This document shows positions 39,640 through 52,450 of a stretch of 64,000 bases of DNA, piece after piece. Numbering within the stretch: the first letter of the stretch is position 1; every line of letters begins with the position of its first letter. Below the pieces are notes generated by a model, which saw only the letters and a program-made list of their open reading frames with translations, was not told where the DNA came from and did not search any database. The position numbers were made by a program, and so were the translations under genes. Origin of the DNA: Antechinus flavipes (taxonomy: Eukaryota); NCBI RefSeq assembly GCF_016432865.1, contig NC_067401.1, forward strand, positions 110,980,001 through 111,044,000. Direction: 5' to 3'.

Positions 39640-40930
39640 ATGAAATGCAAACACCTTAGCTATTTGGAGTAAGGACTCACTATTTGATAAAAACTATTGG
39701 GAAAACTGGAAAAAAATGTGGCAAAAATTAGATTTATACCACAAGATAAGTTATGCCAAAATGAATATGGTATAGATATAAAAGATGACAGCATAAACAA
39801 ATTAGAGAAGCAAGGGGGAAAAATATCTTTCATAAGTATGAGTAGGAGAAGAATTTATGACCAGCAAATGACAGAGAAAATCAGGGGAAAATTGTACAAC
39901 TTTGATTATGTAAAATTAAAAGTTTTTGCACAAATTAAAACAACTCAGAAGTACCACTTCACATGTATCAGGGTGTGACAAAATATGACCAAAGAAAAAG
40001 GAAAATATTGGATGTTGGAGGGAATGTGAAAAAAACAGGGACACTAATGCATTGTTGCTAGAGTTGTGAAATGATCCAACTATTCTGGAGAGCAATTTGG
40101 AACTATGACCAAAAGGCTGTAAAACTGTGTATACTCTAGGGGGCAGCTAGATGGGAAAGTAGATAGAAGACAAGCCCTCAAATCAGAATGACCTGAATTC
40201 AAATACTGCCACAGACACTTAACATTTACTATCAGTGTGACCCTGGGCAAATCACTTAAACCTAATTGCCTCACCAAAAATTAAAATGCCAAAAAGAAAA
40301 AAAAAACCTGCATATTCTTTGATCTACCAATACCACTGCTAGATCTCTATCCAAAGACACACCCACAAAGGGAAAAAGATCTAGTTGTACTTTTTGTGGC
40401 AGCTAATAATTGAAAATCAAAGGGATATCCATCAATTGGAGAGTGGTTAAACAAGCTATGATATATAATTATAATGGAATTTTTTTGCTTTAAGAAATGA
40501 CAAGCAGGATGATTTCAGGAAAACCTGGAAAGACTCACATGAACTGAATCATGGTGAAATGAACAGAATCAGGAGTACATAGAACACAATAATAGCAATA
40601 TTGTTTGATGAAGAATTGTGACTTAGCTATTCTCAGCAACACAATGATCCAAGATTAATGATAAAGCATACCACCTGCCTCCAGAAAAAGAACTGATATT
40701 GATTGAGTATGCTGACTGAGCATGCTATTTTTTCACTTTCTTTCATTTTTTCCTTATTCTAGTTTTCTTGTGTAAAATGACTAATATGAAAATGTTTTAC
40801 ATTGTTACACATAATATAACTTATATCCAATGCTTACTGTTTTAGCCAGTGAAGAAAAGGAGAGAAGAAGGAACAGAATTTAGAACTCAAAATTTAAATG
40901 AAAATATCTTAAAAATTGGAAAAACAACAA
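39640..40930 (+). mobile_element. Decayed L1 3' portion containing a nested SINE
   Basis: ORF2 remnants (gggaaaactgg...ggagagcaatttggaactatg...ccatcaattggagagtgg) and 3' UTR. Confidence 0.75.
40138..40302 (+). mobile_element. WSINE1-like SINE inserted into L1
   Basis: gggcagctagatgg...tgaccctgggcaaatcacttaaacctaattgcctc plus A tail. Degenerate TSD aaaactgtgtatactct / aaaacctgcatattct. Confidence 0.75.
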
Positions 40931-41379
40931 CAAAAATAAAAAAAGGAAAATCAGCAAAACTGATTAACATATTGAAATTTTCAGGAAATATGTCCAATGT
41001 ATGACATTTGTTAGAAAATTTTTGAATAACCAAATACTAAATTTCGCTTACAGATTGGGGAGAGTAAACATGAAATTTTTTATCCCTTGTTACTGGCCAT
41101 CCTTTATGCCTACAATACTCTTTGGCTTTACCTTTACCCATCTACTAGTTTCCTTTAAGAATTCAAATTTCATCTCCTGAAAATTTTTTCTAATCTCTTC
41201 CACCCATCTCTCCAACCTTCCACTATAGTCTTCTGAGATTATCTTCTATTAGTACCTAGTTATTTACAAGTTGTCTCCACCATTAGAAGGTGAATTCTTT
41301 GGAGGAAGGGGCCATATTTTTGCTTTTCTTTGCATTTCCAATGCCTGACATAGTAAGAGCTTACTAAATGCTTGTGGAG

Positions 41380-41790
41380 AGCAGGATGCTTTCAGGAAAA
41401 ACATGGTAAAACTTACACAAATTGATATAAAGTGAAAATAACAGAACCAAAAGAACATTGTAAACAGTTATAGCAACATTATATGATGATTAACTGTGAA
41501 TGACTTAGCTATTCTCAGCAATATAATAACTAAGACAATATTGCAGGATTTGAGACTGTCTACCTAAAGAGAAAGAAGTGATGGAGTCTGAATGCATTTT
41601 GAAATATATTTTTTAACTTTATTTTTCTTGGGATTTTTTCTTTTTTTTTTTTCACAATATAGAAATATGTTTTGCATGATTGCACATGCACAATCATATC
41701 AAATTGCTTTCCTTTTCAATATGAGGAGGGTGAGGGGAGAAGGAGGGAAAGAATTTAGAATTCAAAAATGTAAAAAATGATGGTTAAAAA
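41380..41790 (+). mobile_element. Old L1 3'-UTR fragment
   Basis: gcaggatgctttcaggaaaa...gacttagctattctcagcaat...gagaaggagggaaagaatttagaattcaaaa. Confidence 0.6.
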
Positions 41791-42993
41791 TAGTTTAAAA
41801 TATTGAAGACTTTAACAAATTCTATGTGTAACCAGAAAAAATATTTGAGAAAAATATAAATGCTTATTGACTGCCCATCAAAAATAATTACCTGTTATAC
41901 TGTATTATTTCATAAAATTGTTGTGAAAATAAAATGAGATATTTTTAACAGTAAAGTAACTTATAAATGTGTTACATAAGCATGTACAAATATAAACTAT
42001 TAATAATAAAATATTATTATTATTACTTGTCTTTCATGTGTCTTTGTCTTGACTCCTTGTCTCCTTAATTAGGTTGTAAACTCCTTAAGGGCACAGACTC
42101 TGCCTCACTTCTCTGTGTACCTGTTGTGGGCCAAGATACTTTTGGATTTAGGGAATCAGAATTAACTACTACTCTCCCACAACACCAGCCAGAATTATTG
42201 TGAACACAAAAGCTATGGTGCAGATCTGGAGCAATTTGAGTTGACTGGGCCATCAGGTGGATGGATTTGACACCCACCTGGAGACCTTTTGATCAAGAAG
42301 AATATTAATGTATTTTTAGGATTTTGGAAGGAGGATCCAGAGAACTTCCTAGCCAGTAATTTTCATAGTGTGTAGCTATATATCTATATTTTCATGTATG
42401 CATATGTATACACACATAGATATGCTCTCTCTATACAGATATGTACACACATACATACATATACACACATACACACACATATAATAGAAATTGAGAATTT
42501 GAACTCCCAGGCATGAACAACTGTAAGTAGGACAATAGTCTATAGAGTTCTTGGCATAGTATTGGACACAGAGTAGGTACTCAGTTTTACCTTTAATCAA
42601 CAGGTATTATTTGTCAGAATGAAATCCTGATTTTAGCTATTTCCTTCTGGGTTGGTAATGACTTAGACCTCATAGGATTCATATCTCACACTATTAGAAT
42701 ATATGGTTTTTGGTTAGTTATACTGTGTATTTCATATTCCCTAATAATAATAATAATATCTGACATTTATATAGTCCCAACATCATCCCTCTGCTATATA
42801 TATCTCTTAGCAGAGAACCTCAATCAGAACCTTGAATCAGAAAATAGAGAGCATTTTCAATGAGAACTCTCTTTTCCCCACTTGTATATTTTAAAGGCCC
42901 TAGTCATCAGGAAGTGTTCCCTCTGCCATTACTCTTGTCTTTGTTGAAGAGATTGTCTTTCTCCTCACCAAGACCAGCATCTAGACTTGTACT

Positions 42994-43901
42994 GTTTTTA
43001 AAAATTATTATAGTTTTTTTATTTACAAAATATATGCGTGGATAATTTTTCAACATTGACCCTTGCAAAACCTTTTGTTCCAAATTTTCCCCTCCTTCCC
43101 CCTACCCTCTCCCCTAGATGACAGGTAGTCCAATACATGTTAAATATGTAAAAACATATGTTAAATTCAATATATGTATATGTATTTAAACCATTATCTT
43201 GCTGCACAAGAAAAAATGGAAGTAAAAAGAAAGAAAAAAAAACCTGAAGGAAAACAAAAAATGCAAGCAAACAATAACAGAAAGCGTGAGAATGCTATAT
43301 TGTGGTCCATACTCAGTTCCCACAGACCTCTCTCTGGGTGTAGATGGCTCTCTTCATCACTGAATAATTGGAACTGCTTTGAATCATCTCATTAATGAAG
43401 AGAGTCATGCTGGGTCAAAATTGATTGTTGTATAATCTTGTTTCCATGTATAATGATTTCCTGGTTCTGCTCATTTAACTCAGCATCAGTTCATGTAAGT
43501 CTCTCCAAACCTCTTTTAAATCATCTTCCTGATGGTTCCTTACAGAACAATAATATTCCATAACATTCATATACCACAATTTATTCAGCCATTATCTAAT
43601 TGATGGGCATCCACTCACTTTCCAGTTTCTGGTCACTACAAATAGGGCTGCTACAAACATTTTGGCACATGTGGGTCCCTTTCCCTCCTTTAGGATCTCT
43701 TTGGGATATAATCCCAGTAGAAACACTGTTGGATCAAAGGTATACACAGTTTGATAACTTTTTGAGCATAGTTCCAGATTGCTCTCCAGAATGGTTGGAT
43801 TCGTTCACAACTCCACCAACAATGTATCAGTGTCCCAGTTTTCCCCCATCCCCTCCAACATTCATCATTATCTTTTCCTGTCATCCTAGCCAATCTGAGA
43901 G
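42994..43901 (-). mobile_element. 5'-truncated relatively young L1 with 12-bp TSD
   Basis: TAGACTTGTACT at 42982-42993 and 43902-43913. The antisense frame includes ORF2-like WRGWGKTGTLIHCWWSCERIQPFWRAIWNYAQK. Confidence 0.88.
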
Positions 43902-43914
43902 TAGACTTGTACTC

Positions 43915-44520
43915 CTGATTTCATTGTCTCCCAAAATTAGCTTGCTCCCAGAACCATTTGCCTTCTCCCATCAATCATTCCCATCATTCTCTGTTCTATC
44001 CTACCTTAATGCCTATAAATAATTTTATGTCTTCCCATCTTTGAAGAAAAATTCTTCCTTGATCCTACTGTCTTCTCAAACTATGATACTTTGTCTCTCT
44101 GAGTGGGGAGTATGCATGTGTGTGTAAAGAGGGAATAGACCAGAGATTTGAAAGCTAAAATCAGTAAGTCTTGGCAACAGCTTGGACATGGTGGGATGAG
44201 AGACTGAGGAACCCAGGATGGAATTCCTAGGCCGGAAACCTGAGGGTCCGGGAGGAGAATGTTAACCTCTACCATAATAGAGAAAGGAAGAAGGGAGTGA
44301 TTAGGGGAAAGAATAATTAGTTCTGTTTTGGACCTACCTAGAGTTCTATGGGACATGCAGATATGTCAGACTGGAAATCAGAAGAGAGATAGGAAAGGGA
44401 GACCTGAGAATCCTCAGCATAGAGATGGTAGATAATTAAATCCATAGGGACAATGAGATTACCAAGTGAAGAGGAAAGGGCCCAGGAGAATGCTGAGGAA
44501 CACCTTCAGAGGCCGTAATT
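43915..44520. mobile_element. L2 fragments
   Basis: L2-like cttgatcctactgtc... and ggaggagaatgttaacctctaccataatagagaaagg...ggagaatgctgagg. Boundaries approximate. Confidence 0.45.
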
Positions 44521-44629
44521 TGAAAGAGGATCTGGCAAAGGAGAAGGCAGGTATATATTCCATATGGGTTTGTGCAAGTTACATATGTTTATGTATATGT
44601 GCATATGTGTAGATAGTGCATGTTGTTTT

Positions 44630-44759
44630 NNNNNNNNNNNNNNNNNNNNNNNNNNNNNNNNNNNNNNNNNNNNNNNNNNNNNNNNNNNNNNNNNNNNNNN
44701 NNNNNNNNNNNNNNNNNNNNNNNNNNNNNNNNNNNNNNNNNNNNNNNNNNNNNNNNNNN
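44630..44759. other. Assembly gap (130 N)
   Basis: Run of N directly before the AT-rich satellite. Confidence 1.
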
Positions 44760-46940
44760 GGTTATATATAGTTATATTTATCTATATATGGTTATATATG
44801 TAGTTATATTTATATATGGTTATATATGTAGTTATATTTATCTATATATGGTTATATATATAGTTATATTTATCTATATATGGTTATATATGTAGTTATA
44901 TTTATCTATATATGGTTATATATATAGTTATATTTATCTATATATGGTTATATATATAGTTATATTTATCTATATATGGTTATATATGTAGTTATATTTA
45001 TATATGGTTATATATGTAGTTATATTTATCTATATATGGTTATATATATAGTTATATTTATCTATATATGGTTATATATGTAGTTATATTTATCTATATA
45101 TGGTTATATATGTAGTTATATTTATCTATATATGGTTATATATATAGTTATATTTATCTATATATGGTTATATATGTAGTTATATTTATATATGGTTATA
45201 TATGTAGTTATATTTATCTATATATGGTTATATATGTAGTTATATTTATCTATATATGGTTATATATGTAGTTATATTTATCTATATATGGTTATATATA
45301 TAGTTATATTTATCTATATATGGTTATATATATAGTTATATTTATCTATATATGGTTATATATGTAGTTATATTTATATATGGTTATATATGTAGTTATA
45401 TTTATCTATATATGGTTATATATGTAGTTATATTTATCTATATATGGTTATATATGTAGTTATATTTATATATGGTTATATATGTAGTTATATTTATCTA
45501 TATATGGTTATATATATAGTTATATTTATCTATATATGGTTATATATGTAGTTATATTTATCTATATATGGTTATATATGTAGTTATATTTATCTATATA
45601 TGGTTATATATGTAGTTATATTTATCTATATATGGTTATATATGTAGTTATATTTATCTATATATGGTTATATATGTAGTTATATTTATCTATATATGGT
45701 TATATATGTAGTTATATTTATCTATATATGGTTATATATGTAGTTATATTTATCTATATATGGTTATATATGTAGTTATATTTATCTATATATGGTTATA
45801 TATGTAGTTATATTTATCTATATATGGTTATATATGTAGTTATATTTATCTACATATGGTTATATATATAGTTATATTTATCTATATATGGTTATATATA
45901 TAGTTATATTTATCTATATATGGTTATATATAGTTATATTTATCTATATATGGTTATATATGTAGTTATATTTATATATGGTTATATATGTAGTTATATT
46001 TATCTATATATGGTTATATATATAGTTATATTTATCTATATATGGTTATATATAGTTATATTTATCTATATATGGTTATATATGTAGTTATATTTATATA
46101 TGGTTATATATGTAGTTATATTTATCTATATATGGTTATATATATAGTTATATTTATCTATATATGGTTATATATGTAGTTATATTTATCTATATATGGT
46201 TATATATGTAGTTATATTTATCTATATATGGTTATATATGTAGTTATATTTATCTATATATGGTTATATATGTAGTTATATTTATCTATATATGGTTATA
46301 TATGTAGTTATATTTATCTATATATGGTTATATATATAGTTATATTTATCTACATATGGTTATATATATAGTTATATTTATCTATATATGGTTATATATA
46401 TAGTTATATTTATCTATATATGGTTATATATAGTTATATTTATCTATATATGGTTATATATGTAGTTATATTTATATATGGTTATATATGTAGTTATATT
46501 TATCTATATATGGTTATATATATAGTTATATTTATCTATATATGGTTATATATAGTTATATTTATCTATATATGGTTATATATGTAGTTATATTTATATA
46601 TGGTTATATATGTAGTTATATTTATCTATATATGGTTATATATATAGTTTATTTATCTATATATGGTTATATATGTAGTTATATTTATCTATATATGGTT
46701 ATATATGTAGTTATATTTATCTATATATGGTTATATATGTAGTTATATTTATCTATATATGGTTATATATGTAGTTATATTTATCTATATATGGTTATAT
46801 ATGTAGTTATATTATCTATATATGGTTATATATGTAGTTATATTTATCTATATATGGTTATATATGTAGTTATATTTATCTATATATGGTTATATATAGT
46901 TGTATTTATATGGTTATACATATATATAAGGTTATATATA
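44760..46940. repeat. AT-rich 32-bp satellite/minisatellite, about 65-70 copies
   Basis: Unit GGTTATATATGTAGTTATATTTATCTATATAT with 30-bp and 28-bp deletion variants. Confidence 0.97.
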
Positions 46941-47329
46941 TACACCTACACATACACTTATGATTATATATTAGAAATATAGAAAACAAAAATGAGCTGC
47001 CAGGATAGGCCCAACAAGGCAAGGATGGGACCTTTTACTAAGCTGGGTTTCTCCCCGGGAAGCTACCATTTTGGGGGCCAGGGGCTTGCTGGAAGCGGGG
47101 GAAGGGGGTGGGTCTCTGTGCCCCAGGCACCTCCCGGCCGGATTGGGGCTGTAGGAAGCGGCAGGGGGCAGGGACCCTTCCTTTCTTCCTGTATTCATTC
47201 ATTCCTTTGGGGCAACGGGAATCAGACTTTTGCAGTGGCTCTGGGAAAGAGGGAGGCAATGGCTTCTCACTGTCCTCTCACTCCTACCTAACAGTACTCT
47301 TTCCCCTTTACCCAAACGGGGGAAATGAA

Positions 47330-47690
47330 GCGACGTAGAGAAAAATGGCAGAGATGAAGGAGAGCTCTCTGTACCGCGTCTCAGCAGGCCTCACGGAAAC
47401 CCCGTGAAAAAACTACAAGTCCCATGAAGCCTCACAGGTAGCGGCGCATGCGCGGAGGGCTCGGCTTTCCTGGTTGGATTTACAGCCTCGGTAGAGAATT
47501 GTGGAAGGGGATTTCCTTTCTTACCCGCGATAGGAGTTGCGAGGTGAGGGGAAAGGGGTTTGTGGGTGAAGGGCTGGGGAGCGCAGCCGGAAGGGGGGGG
47601 GAGGCGGAGGCGGGGGGAGAGGGGCGCCCCGCGGCCCCCGCGGCTGCGCTGCTCACTGCAGCCGCACTTCCTTCCTCCCCACCAGGGACC
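47330..47690 (+). promoter_or_regulatory. DPM3: DPM3 CpG promoter, non-coding exon 1 and 142-nt 5'-UTR intron
   Basis: ZNF143/THAP11 motif AACTACAAGTCCCATG at 47411-47426; NRF1 GCGCATGCGC at 47444-47453; donor GAG|gtgagg at 47544; acceptor ccaccag| at 47685. Confidence 0.75.
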
Positions 47691-47969
47691 ATGACCAAGC
47701 TGGGCCAGTGGATGTCCACGCTGCTGGCGCTGATGCTCATCTGGCTGTGTCTGGTGCAGGACCTGCTCAACCTGGGATATAGTCAAAAAGTCCACGATGT
47801 GCTAGTGCCCTTGCCCGTCTACCTGCTGGTCACCGCGGGCAGCTACAGTCTGGCCACCCTGGGCTTGCGCCTGGCCAGCTTCAATGACTGCGAGGAAGCA
47901 GCCCAAGAACTGTTCCTGCAGATCCAGGAAGCCCAGGCTGATCTGGCCAGCAAGGGCCTCAAACTGTGA
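47691..47969 (+). CDS. DPM3: Dolichol-phosphate mannosyltransferase subunit 3, 92 aa, single coding exon
   Basis: MTKLGQW...PLPVYLLVTAGSYSLATLGLRLASFNDCEEAAQELFLQIQEAQADLASKGLKL: two TM helices plus a C-terminal coiled coil. Kozak accATG; ATTAAA at 48006-48011; syntenic position. Confidence 0.93.
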   Translation: MTKLGQWMSTLLALMLIWLCLVQDLLNLGYSQKVHDVLVPLPVYLLVTAGSYSLATLGLRLASFNDCEEAAQELFLQIQEAQADLASKGLKL

Positions 47970-49041
47970 TTCCCCGGGCCGCCCCGGGGGTCCTTCCCCA
48001 GCTAAATTAAAAGAGTAAATGTGCCTTTTTCATTACTTTGGAACTCTTCGGGGGCGGGGGGGTCACGCCTGGGGAGACTGAGGCACCTGGACCGAAGTTG
48101 GAGAAACACTGGACAAAAAAGCTTGGGCTTGGGGAGAAAGCAGGGGAGGAGAGGACTCTGGGATATGGGGAGGGGCAGAAGGAGGAAAACTCATTTCCCT
48201 ATAAAAGCTTGCTTCCACTGAGGGGTTTTGAGGCTCTTAAAGTTTTTCTGAGTTATGGATGTGTTTGGCAATCTGGGAAAGCCTGTGGACCCTTCGAAGA
48301 AAAATTTTCTAAATACATAAAGCAAAATATATAAGACTATAGTAGGAAACCAAAGGCTACTGGAAATTAAAGTGTAGCTTTCCCCCATCGGAGTTCACAA
48401 ACCTTTCCTCAGGCCATTAGATGTAGAGTTAGAAGGGACCTCAAAGGCCATCTAATCTGGTCCAATCTACTTATGATGTGCAGCTCACCCGTGTTGTACC
48501 CATTAAAAGCTAAAAGGCCTAGAGGAAGGACTCCAATGCCTTTTGCAAATCCTCTAGGGAGTATTTTGGGAGAACGTGAGCAGAAATGGATGGGTTGCTT
48601 TCTTTACCAAAGGCAAGAATACTATGGATCCTTTGCAGCACTGAGTATGGTATGTTAAGCCACAAACCTTCCTGAGTTCATTCTATCAATCACCAGAAGG
48701 CCTCATAGCATAGTCCAAGTGGAATAAGATTCTTTTCATTATTTCCCAGGATAGGACTGTTAAATCACCCCCTGCAGTCTCTCCTACTCCTTCAGATATT
48801 TCCTCATTCTTCTAGGAAGTCCTGAAGTCTAGCTTCAAAATTAACTTCTCTAATCTCTGCTTTCCTCTTAAGACCTTCCTCTTCACCTCTCACTTTTGAA
48901 ATCCTTCCCTTAACTCTACATTCTGATATTTCCACTGGTCACCTCTTTTCCTTGACTATAGATAAATTCCTTATTTCTCAATTTGATGGAATCACAGAGA
49001 ACAGACCGAGGAGTACAAAGGAAGGGTATGTATGTGATAAG

Positions 49042-49047
49042 TTTATT
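49042..49047 (-). terminator. SLC50A1: SLC50A1 polyadenylation signal (probable)
   Basis: AATAAA on the minus strand, about 260 nt after the stop codon. Confidence 0.6.
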
Positions 49048-49304
49048 ATAAGGCACAGAATGGAACTAAATATTATCCCAACCCCACATTAAAAAAATAA
49101 TCTCTCTCAAAAATAAACATGAAAATCCCTCCCAAATAAAAGCTCTAATTTTGGTCCCTCTGCTTCCAAAGAAGGCTGTTCTTCCACTCCACCCCACCGC
49201 GACTTAAGAGGTTAACCAAGGAGGCATAGCTGAAGAGTCTTTGGCAACAGGTTGGCACCAAGGTGACAGGTGAAAAGATAGGTATGATATGCCCTCAGCC
49301 ATCC

Positions 49305-51933
49305 TTAGGTTTGAAGAAGACTGTAGTTCTTTTCTTGAACCTGGGGGTATTGCCAGAAAAGCCCCAGGCGAACCAGGCTAGTAAGAATTCCTGGTATGTT
49401 GGGCACCTGGAAAGAAACAAGAAGTTGAAATAAAGTGAAGGGCTGATTTCCCACTCCGTATACCCAATACTATTTCTGTCCTGGCTCACCATAATATAGA
49501 GGTCTCTGAGATGGAGGCCATAGAGAGTCCAGGAAGCAGAGGCAAGGAGGGTAGCCACAGTGAGGGAGAAGGACAGGCATTGAGTGGACTTGGTCTGTAT
49601 GATCTTGGCCTGTGGGGTAGGATGTCATTAATGCCCTTCATACCCTCCCAAGAAGGTTACCACATCTTTCCCCTGCCTCTGTTCAATGCAACACCTTCTC
49701 TTTTCTAACCTAGGTAATGGAATTTCACTTTCTCCATAACCTCCAGTGTAACAGGCAGTAAAATTCATAGGAGCCAAAGGATTTGAGAATTTAAGAGTTC
49801 TTAGAGACTACCTAGCCTGACTTCAATTTAGAGATAAGAAAACCAAAAGTCTGATAAACCTTGCTCCATATCACAGGGGCTGAAATCAGCAGATTCAGAA
49901 CTTAAATGTCAATGTTCTCACTCCAAATTCAGTGCTTATTCTACAATCTTTTCCTTTTTATTATTATTAGTTTATTTCCCCCTCTAATCTGAGGACACTA
50001 TTTCTTTTATTTTTGTATTCCCCCATTCCAATCCAGGGTCTCTATTTCTGTGCTGCTGAAACCCAGTGTCCTTCTCCACCTTCACTCCCTTTCCTTCAGC
50101 ATCTACTCCTTTTCAGACAGGAAGACTAGCACCTTTGCATCCATGACTCCTTCCTAACCCTCCCTCCACAGTGAACCCACCAGGTCAGCCAAGGGTGACA
50201 GGTACATGCTGATGGTGAAGATGCTACAGAAGAGGCCCAGCTGCCTCAGCCTGGAAGTCCAATCAGGCACCAGGAGCTGAAAGTAGGTATAGCCCAAGAG
50301 GAGAAGACCTAGCAGGGCAGCAGTTTGCAGAAGGACAGTACGCTGTAGGGGGAAGGAAGAATGGGGTGACAGCAGTCCCAGTCAGTTACCCCAAACCTCA
50401 GCAATCCCCAAGTCTCTATTTTTGTCCTAGTCACTTGAGGGGAAATAAAATGAAGAAGGAATCATGCAGGAAACTCCTAAGTCTAATGGATAGGGAGCAC
50501 ATACACACATATTTATAATATATATTACATATATATATATTTGAGGAATATGCTTAAATCTGATGGGTAGGGAGCACATACACATATTTATAATATATAT
50601 TACATACATATTTAAAATGAGGAATATGCTTAAATCTGATCAATAGGGAGCACATACACACACATATATATACATATATATTTAAAATAAATATACATGT
50701 TAAAAGCCAACTAAGAAGCCCCCAAATCTGATGGATAGGCAACACACACACACTACATTTGTATACATATATGTATACCTGTTAAAGAAGTGACCTCCAG
50801 GTAATTAGCATCTGGACATCCCCTCTTCCACATTTCTCATCTATATTACCACAATCACCTAGTAAACAGTCTTGCAGATACTTAAAGTTAATAGATGCTA
50901 AATTGAATTGGATCAGTGCTTAAGGAAGTATGAAGCAATTCAATTCAACAATTGTGGAATAGTGTTAGGGATCAGACCCTGAGGGAGAAAGGAATATAAT
51001 ACAGGAGGGCTTCCAGGAAGTAGGGAGCCCAGCTAAGATAGCCCTCCAGGAAAAGGCGGTAAGATGGAGCCCAAGGAGAATTCTAGGAAATGTTAACATT
51101 GCTTGGCCAGCGTGGCAGTACTCCAACAGGACCTTAGAGGCTGAGGGATGGGATTAGCCTCTACCTTTCGGGGACAGTAGCGGAGGTATGTCACAATATA
51201 GAGAGTCTGGAGCAAGGCTCCCACTGAGTTCACCACGATGAGCGTCTTGTCTCCCTTGAGAAGCCCGTAACTCAGCCAGCTTAGGTTGCTGCAGGTGAGG
51301 CAGGAGTAAGAGAGAGAGGCTGCTTTAGCCCCAGCACCCCAAAGGCCACAAGCTGGAAGCCTCCCCTCCCTGTTTCTCCCTCTCCTCCCCAAAGCTTTGC
51401 AAAATCCCTTTCCCAGCCAGCCTCACTTGACATCCGTGGTGAGAAAGGGCAGGAACTGGATATTGTTCACACTCCGGGTGGTCTGCATGTGCCGGAGGTC
51501 CGAGCTGTAACGGAATGGGAGGGTTAGGAAGGATGCTGGGCCTGGGGCTGGGACCAGGGGGAAACCCTCCCCTGCTGGGACCGACTAGGGTCGAGCCAAA
51601 TCCTCACCTTCCAGGCAGCTCATTTCTTCTCTAAGCCCCACCCCCAATCCTTAGCTCCACCCCCTCTTCCTACACCGGAAGCAACAGAGCCCACCACATC
51701 GCGGTCGTGGTTGAGGGGAGGGTGGTCGTGGACTTGAACTTGAATTTGAACTTGGGGCTCTAAGTTCCCAGACCTGGGGCCTCATCCCTGGTTTCATTTC
51801 CCCCTCGGGACCTTTTAGGCTCCAGCCCCCAGCCCCGGTTCGGTTCTCACAGGCCGGTAGAAAACATGCAGAGGGTGAAAAGCACGCAAGCCCCGGAGAG
51901 GAGCGCGTCCGGAGCCGCTGCAGCCTCCATCAT
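49305..51933 (-). CDS. SLC50A1: Sugar transporter SWEET1 (RAG1AP1), 221-222 aa, 6 coding exons
   Basis: complement join(51851-51933,51427-51504,51165-51288,50181-50342,49490-49609,49305-49406); tandem ATGs at 51933 and 51930; all GT-AG and in frame. MtN3 repeats (FLPFLTTDVNNLSWLSYG; MYLSPLADL; VPNIPG). Confidence 0.95.
50480..50790. repeat. About 76-bp tandem duplication, 3-4 diverging copies, SLC50A1 intron 3
   Basis: aaatctgat(gg/ca)...tagggagcacatacac...gaggaatatgctt recurs at about 50482, 50557, 50633 and 50724. Confidence 0.8.
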
Positions 51934-52450
51934 CTCGGCCCCAGCCAGAGGCCTGAACTCTCAGGCGTGGCTCCCTGATCCTCGGAGCCCCGCCTCCGCC
52001 TCGAGCTCCGCCCCAGCAGCAATCTACGGAACCCTGGCCCCGCCCCCTTTCCGATACCGCGCCTGACCCGCTCCCCGCCCCGCGCATCGGGGACGGGCCC
52101 CGGCCGGCAGCGCTTTGGCGGCCTTTGCCAGCCGCCTCCCCAACTGCTAGAACTCCGGGGAGACGGGCTTCCCACACCGCCATGCACGGACATAGCAAGA
52201 GTTCCTTAAATGTTTGTTGATCGGTTTGACACCCAGCTCGAGAGACCTCGCCTTTCCCCCACCCACTCGCGGAATCATTTCCCTGAACACATTGTACTGT
52301 CCCTCCCTCCGGGCAGTCCAGACCAGGAAGTGCCCGGGGCTTCCCACGTGGCAGGTGTGCGGCAATAATGGCAGACGCTGGCCGGCTTAAGGGCCGAAAA
52401 GTAGTTTGCAGACGTTATCTGGTGGAGTTCTCACCTCTCCCCGGGAGGTG
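51934..52450 (-). promoter_or_regulatory. SLC50A1: SLC50A1 CpG-island promoter
   Basis: CpG-rich; GC boxes at about 52020-52080; ETS-like CAGGAAGT at about 52324; CACGTG at 52345-52350. Confidence 0.65.

Noticed and set aside
44760-46940. Regular repeat arrays as possible CRISPR-like structures
   Set aside because: Head-to-tail tandem repeats without unique spacers in a mammalian locus; no cas genes.
44564-46982. Tyr/Ile-rich ORFs
   Set aside because: Translations of the AT satellite and the N gap.
47448-47690. 81-aa N-terminal extension of DPM3 in the 173-aa ORF
   Set aside because: The ATG is part of the NRF1 motif upstream of the likely TSS, and the frame runs through a canonical 142-nt intron.
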